From assembly GCA_013265495.1 (NCBI GenBank), contig MU057724.1:883102-947101 (forward strand): DNA of 64,000 nucleotides, in the 5' to 3' direction. The notes under the pieces are model-generated. The model saw only the letters and a program-made list of their open reading frames with translations, searched no databases and was not told the DNA's origin. The DNA comes from Vicugna vicugna. Its lineage: Eukaryota. Both the position numbers and the translations under genes were made by a program. Below, in pieces: positions 62,127 to 64,000 of the stretch (its first letter is position 1; every line of letters begins with the position of its first letter).

Positions 62127-63491
62127 CAGGTGCCTAATCTTTAGCATGAAGGTGTTGGGCTGGATTCTGATCCCCTCTGACCCCAAAACAATGAGAGTGC
62201 ATCACTAACAATGATTAGAGCAACCATAGCTCATGGTTCTAAGTTGTTTGTAAAAATAATTGTGAAACTTTTAGAACAACTTTAGATATGTTACATTAAT
62301 TCTGTTTTATTTTTTAAAGCAAATCGACTTACTTTAATTAGGCATTCCCTACTTTCAAAAAGGATTTCTTTTGGCTGACTGATAATCCAGCATGTATTAA
62401 GTTAAATTACTCAGTTTGTTAAAGTATTTTATTCCATTTTATTAGAATCATAAAAGAATTTTGCCAACAAAAGATCCCTTCTTATTGATATGGAATAGAG
62501 AGAGAGAACACAGTTTATTACTGAGCAAACATTAACAGATTTACATGCATATGTGGCAGCAGGAAAGCGAGTGCTAATTGAGGATAAAACGTCGCACTTT
62601 TGATGCAGGAAAGCAGGAAAAACACAACTTCTGTTCTCTGGTCTCCTCGTGCATGTTTCTTGAAAATCTCTAGAAAGACCCCCGTGGTAACTCCTGAATT
62701 AACTTCTACATAGCGACGGTTATCTGGCCTGGGACCTCGGAGATACGTTTACATTGTAGAAAGTGAGACTGGGCGTAATCCTGGAGAGATTCATCTCCAG
62801 TCAAAAGACTAGAGCAAGAACTCAGACTCGCTCCTCCTCGAAGGGAACGCTTGAATGAGGGGCCAGGGGAAAGCTCCCTTTTCGCATTTACAGGTGGAGA
62901 AAATAGTTTTTACCCTTAATCCTCCTTTAGTTTCCTTTATTTTCCCAAAATGTTGCAGAGTGTTACTGTCTTATACCTAGATTTTGCTTCTGAAAAGTTT
63001 TTTTAAACAGAATTCTGAAAAGTTATGCACATCTCAGTCCAGTTGCTCTTCCCAGGTGGCCAATATTAAGAGATGTGCTTTCAAATATATGGAAGTGATT
63101 TTACTTCTTAATTAAGAAAAAGTCAATACTTTATTGGAACTGATGATTAACTCAGACAAAAGTATAGAGTTTTCCGTGTTATTTTTCTGTAAACGAATAC
63201 TCGGTTTAAGAACGCCACACCATTGATTCCTGGTTTGCCCTCAGCCACAGTGTTTTAGATTTAAGAGCAGGTCATGGTGATCAGCAAAGAATTCAATTCT
63301 AGGACTAAATTAGTCTTACAAAGCTCAGAAAAGAGATTTACTTTTAGGTTTTCTGAAGGATTCTAATTCACTCTTTTGATCAAGTGTCTCATTTAATAAA
63401 TTGTTGATCTGTATAACCAGATCTCTTCCACGGTCTTTCTCTTTATTTATTCACTCCAGTGCAATTTTAAGAAGAGCAAATGGTCACATGT

Positions 63492-63560
63492 ACAACCACC
63501 CACACACACAACCACACACACAACCACACACACAATCACACACACACACAACCACACCAC
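63492..63560. repeat. CA-rich ~12-mer repeat (caaccacacaca)n
   Basis: Seen directly, about 5 units. Confidence 0.9.
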
Positions 63561-64000
63561 CCTGGCCTTATCTACAGCAAACACCAGGATGCTTGTGTTG
63601 TCAGAATATTCTTGTTAAAGTGAAGAGGGAAAGGGGGCGCTCAAGGACTAGAAATTTAGGAACCTTCTAGAATCTGCTGGGGATGGTACATTTATGTAGG
63701 AGAATCTCCTCCGTGCGCAGATATGAGAACAGCGCACGTGGCCCTGGACGGCGTGTTCCCCGGGGGACAGGTGCTGGGGTCTGATGTGCGCGTGCGTGGG
63801 GCTGGGCTGGGAGCGGCCCGGCGGCTGGGGCGCGCTGTCTGCCGCGGGTTTTCATTCAGGACAGGGGTGCACCTCATAGACCTTTCAACGTGCGTCAGAG
63901 ACACAGGCTTCAGTGTCAGTTTATCTGGGTTTCAAGTGTATTTTCTTTGCTTGACTTAATGATCATTATTCAGCGTCACCTGCCTGACAGCCTATTAGCT

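Overview
Mammalian genomic DNA, most likely camelid (alpaca/llama/camel). This rests on two tRNA-Ala-derived Vic-1-type SINEs, several cetartiodactyl-type L1 3' ends, and the absence of any recognisable Alu, B1, Bov-A/CHR or PRE SINEs. The window reads as non-coding (intergenic or long-intron) sequence with GC-rich, subtelomere-like patches. I cannot recognise any known protein-coding gene, and the ORF track is explained by chance, GC-rich DNA and decayed L1. Main features: a ~1 kb CpG island (9.5-10.6 kb) broken by a 90-nt N gap, many L1 fragments, MaLR and ERV solo LTRs, ancient DNA transposons, MIRs and microsatellites. Best leads: (i) two independent L1 copies sharing a chimeric 3' end, one with an apparent TSD-flanked 3' transduction; (ii) a 601-bp ERV solo LTR with seven phased CCAAT boxes and two octamers; (iii) old repeats rewritten by strong AT-to-GC substitution; (iv) candidate spliced exons on both sides of the CpG island. 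Repeat family names come from remembered consensus sequences and need Dfam/RepeatMasker confirmation. I found no convincing wholly new biological system.
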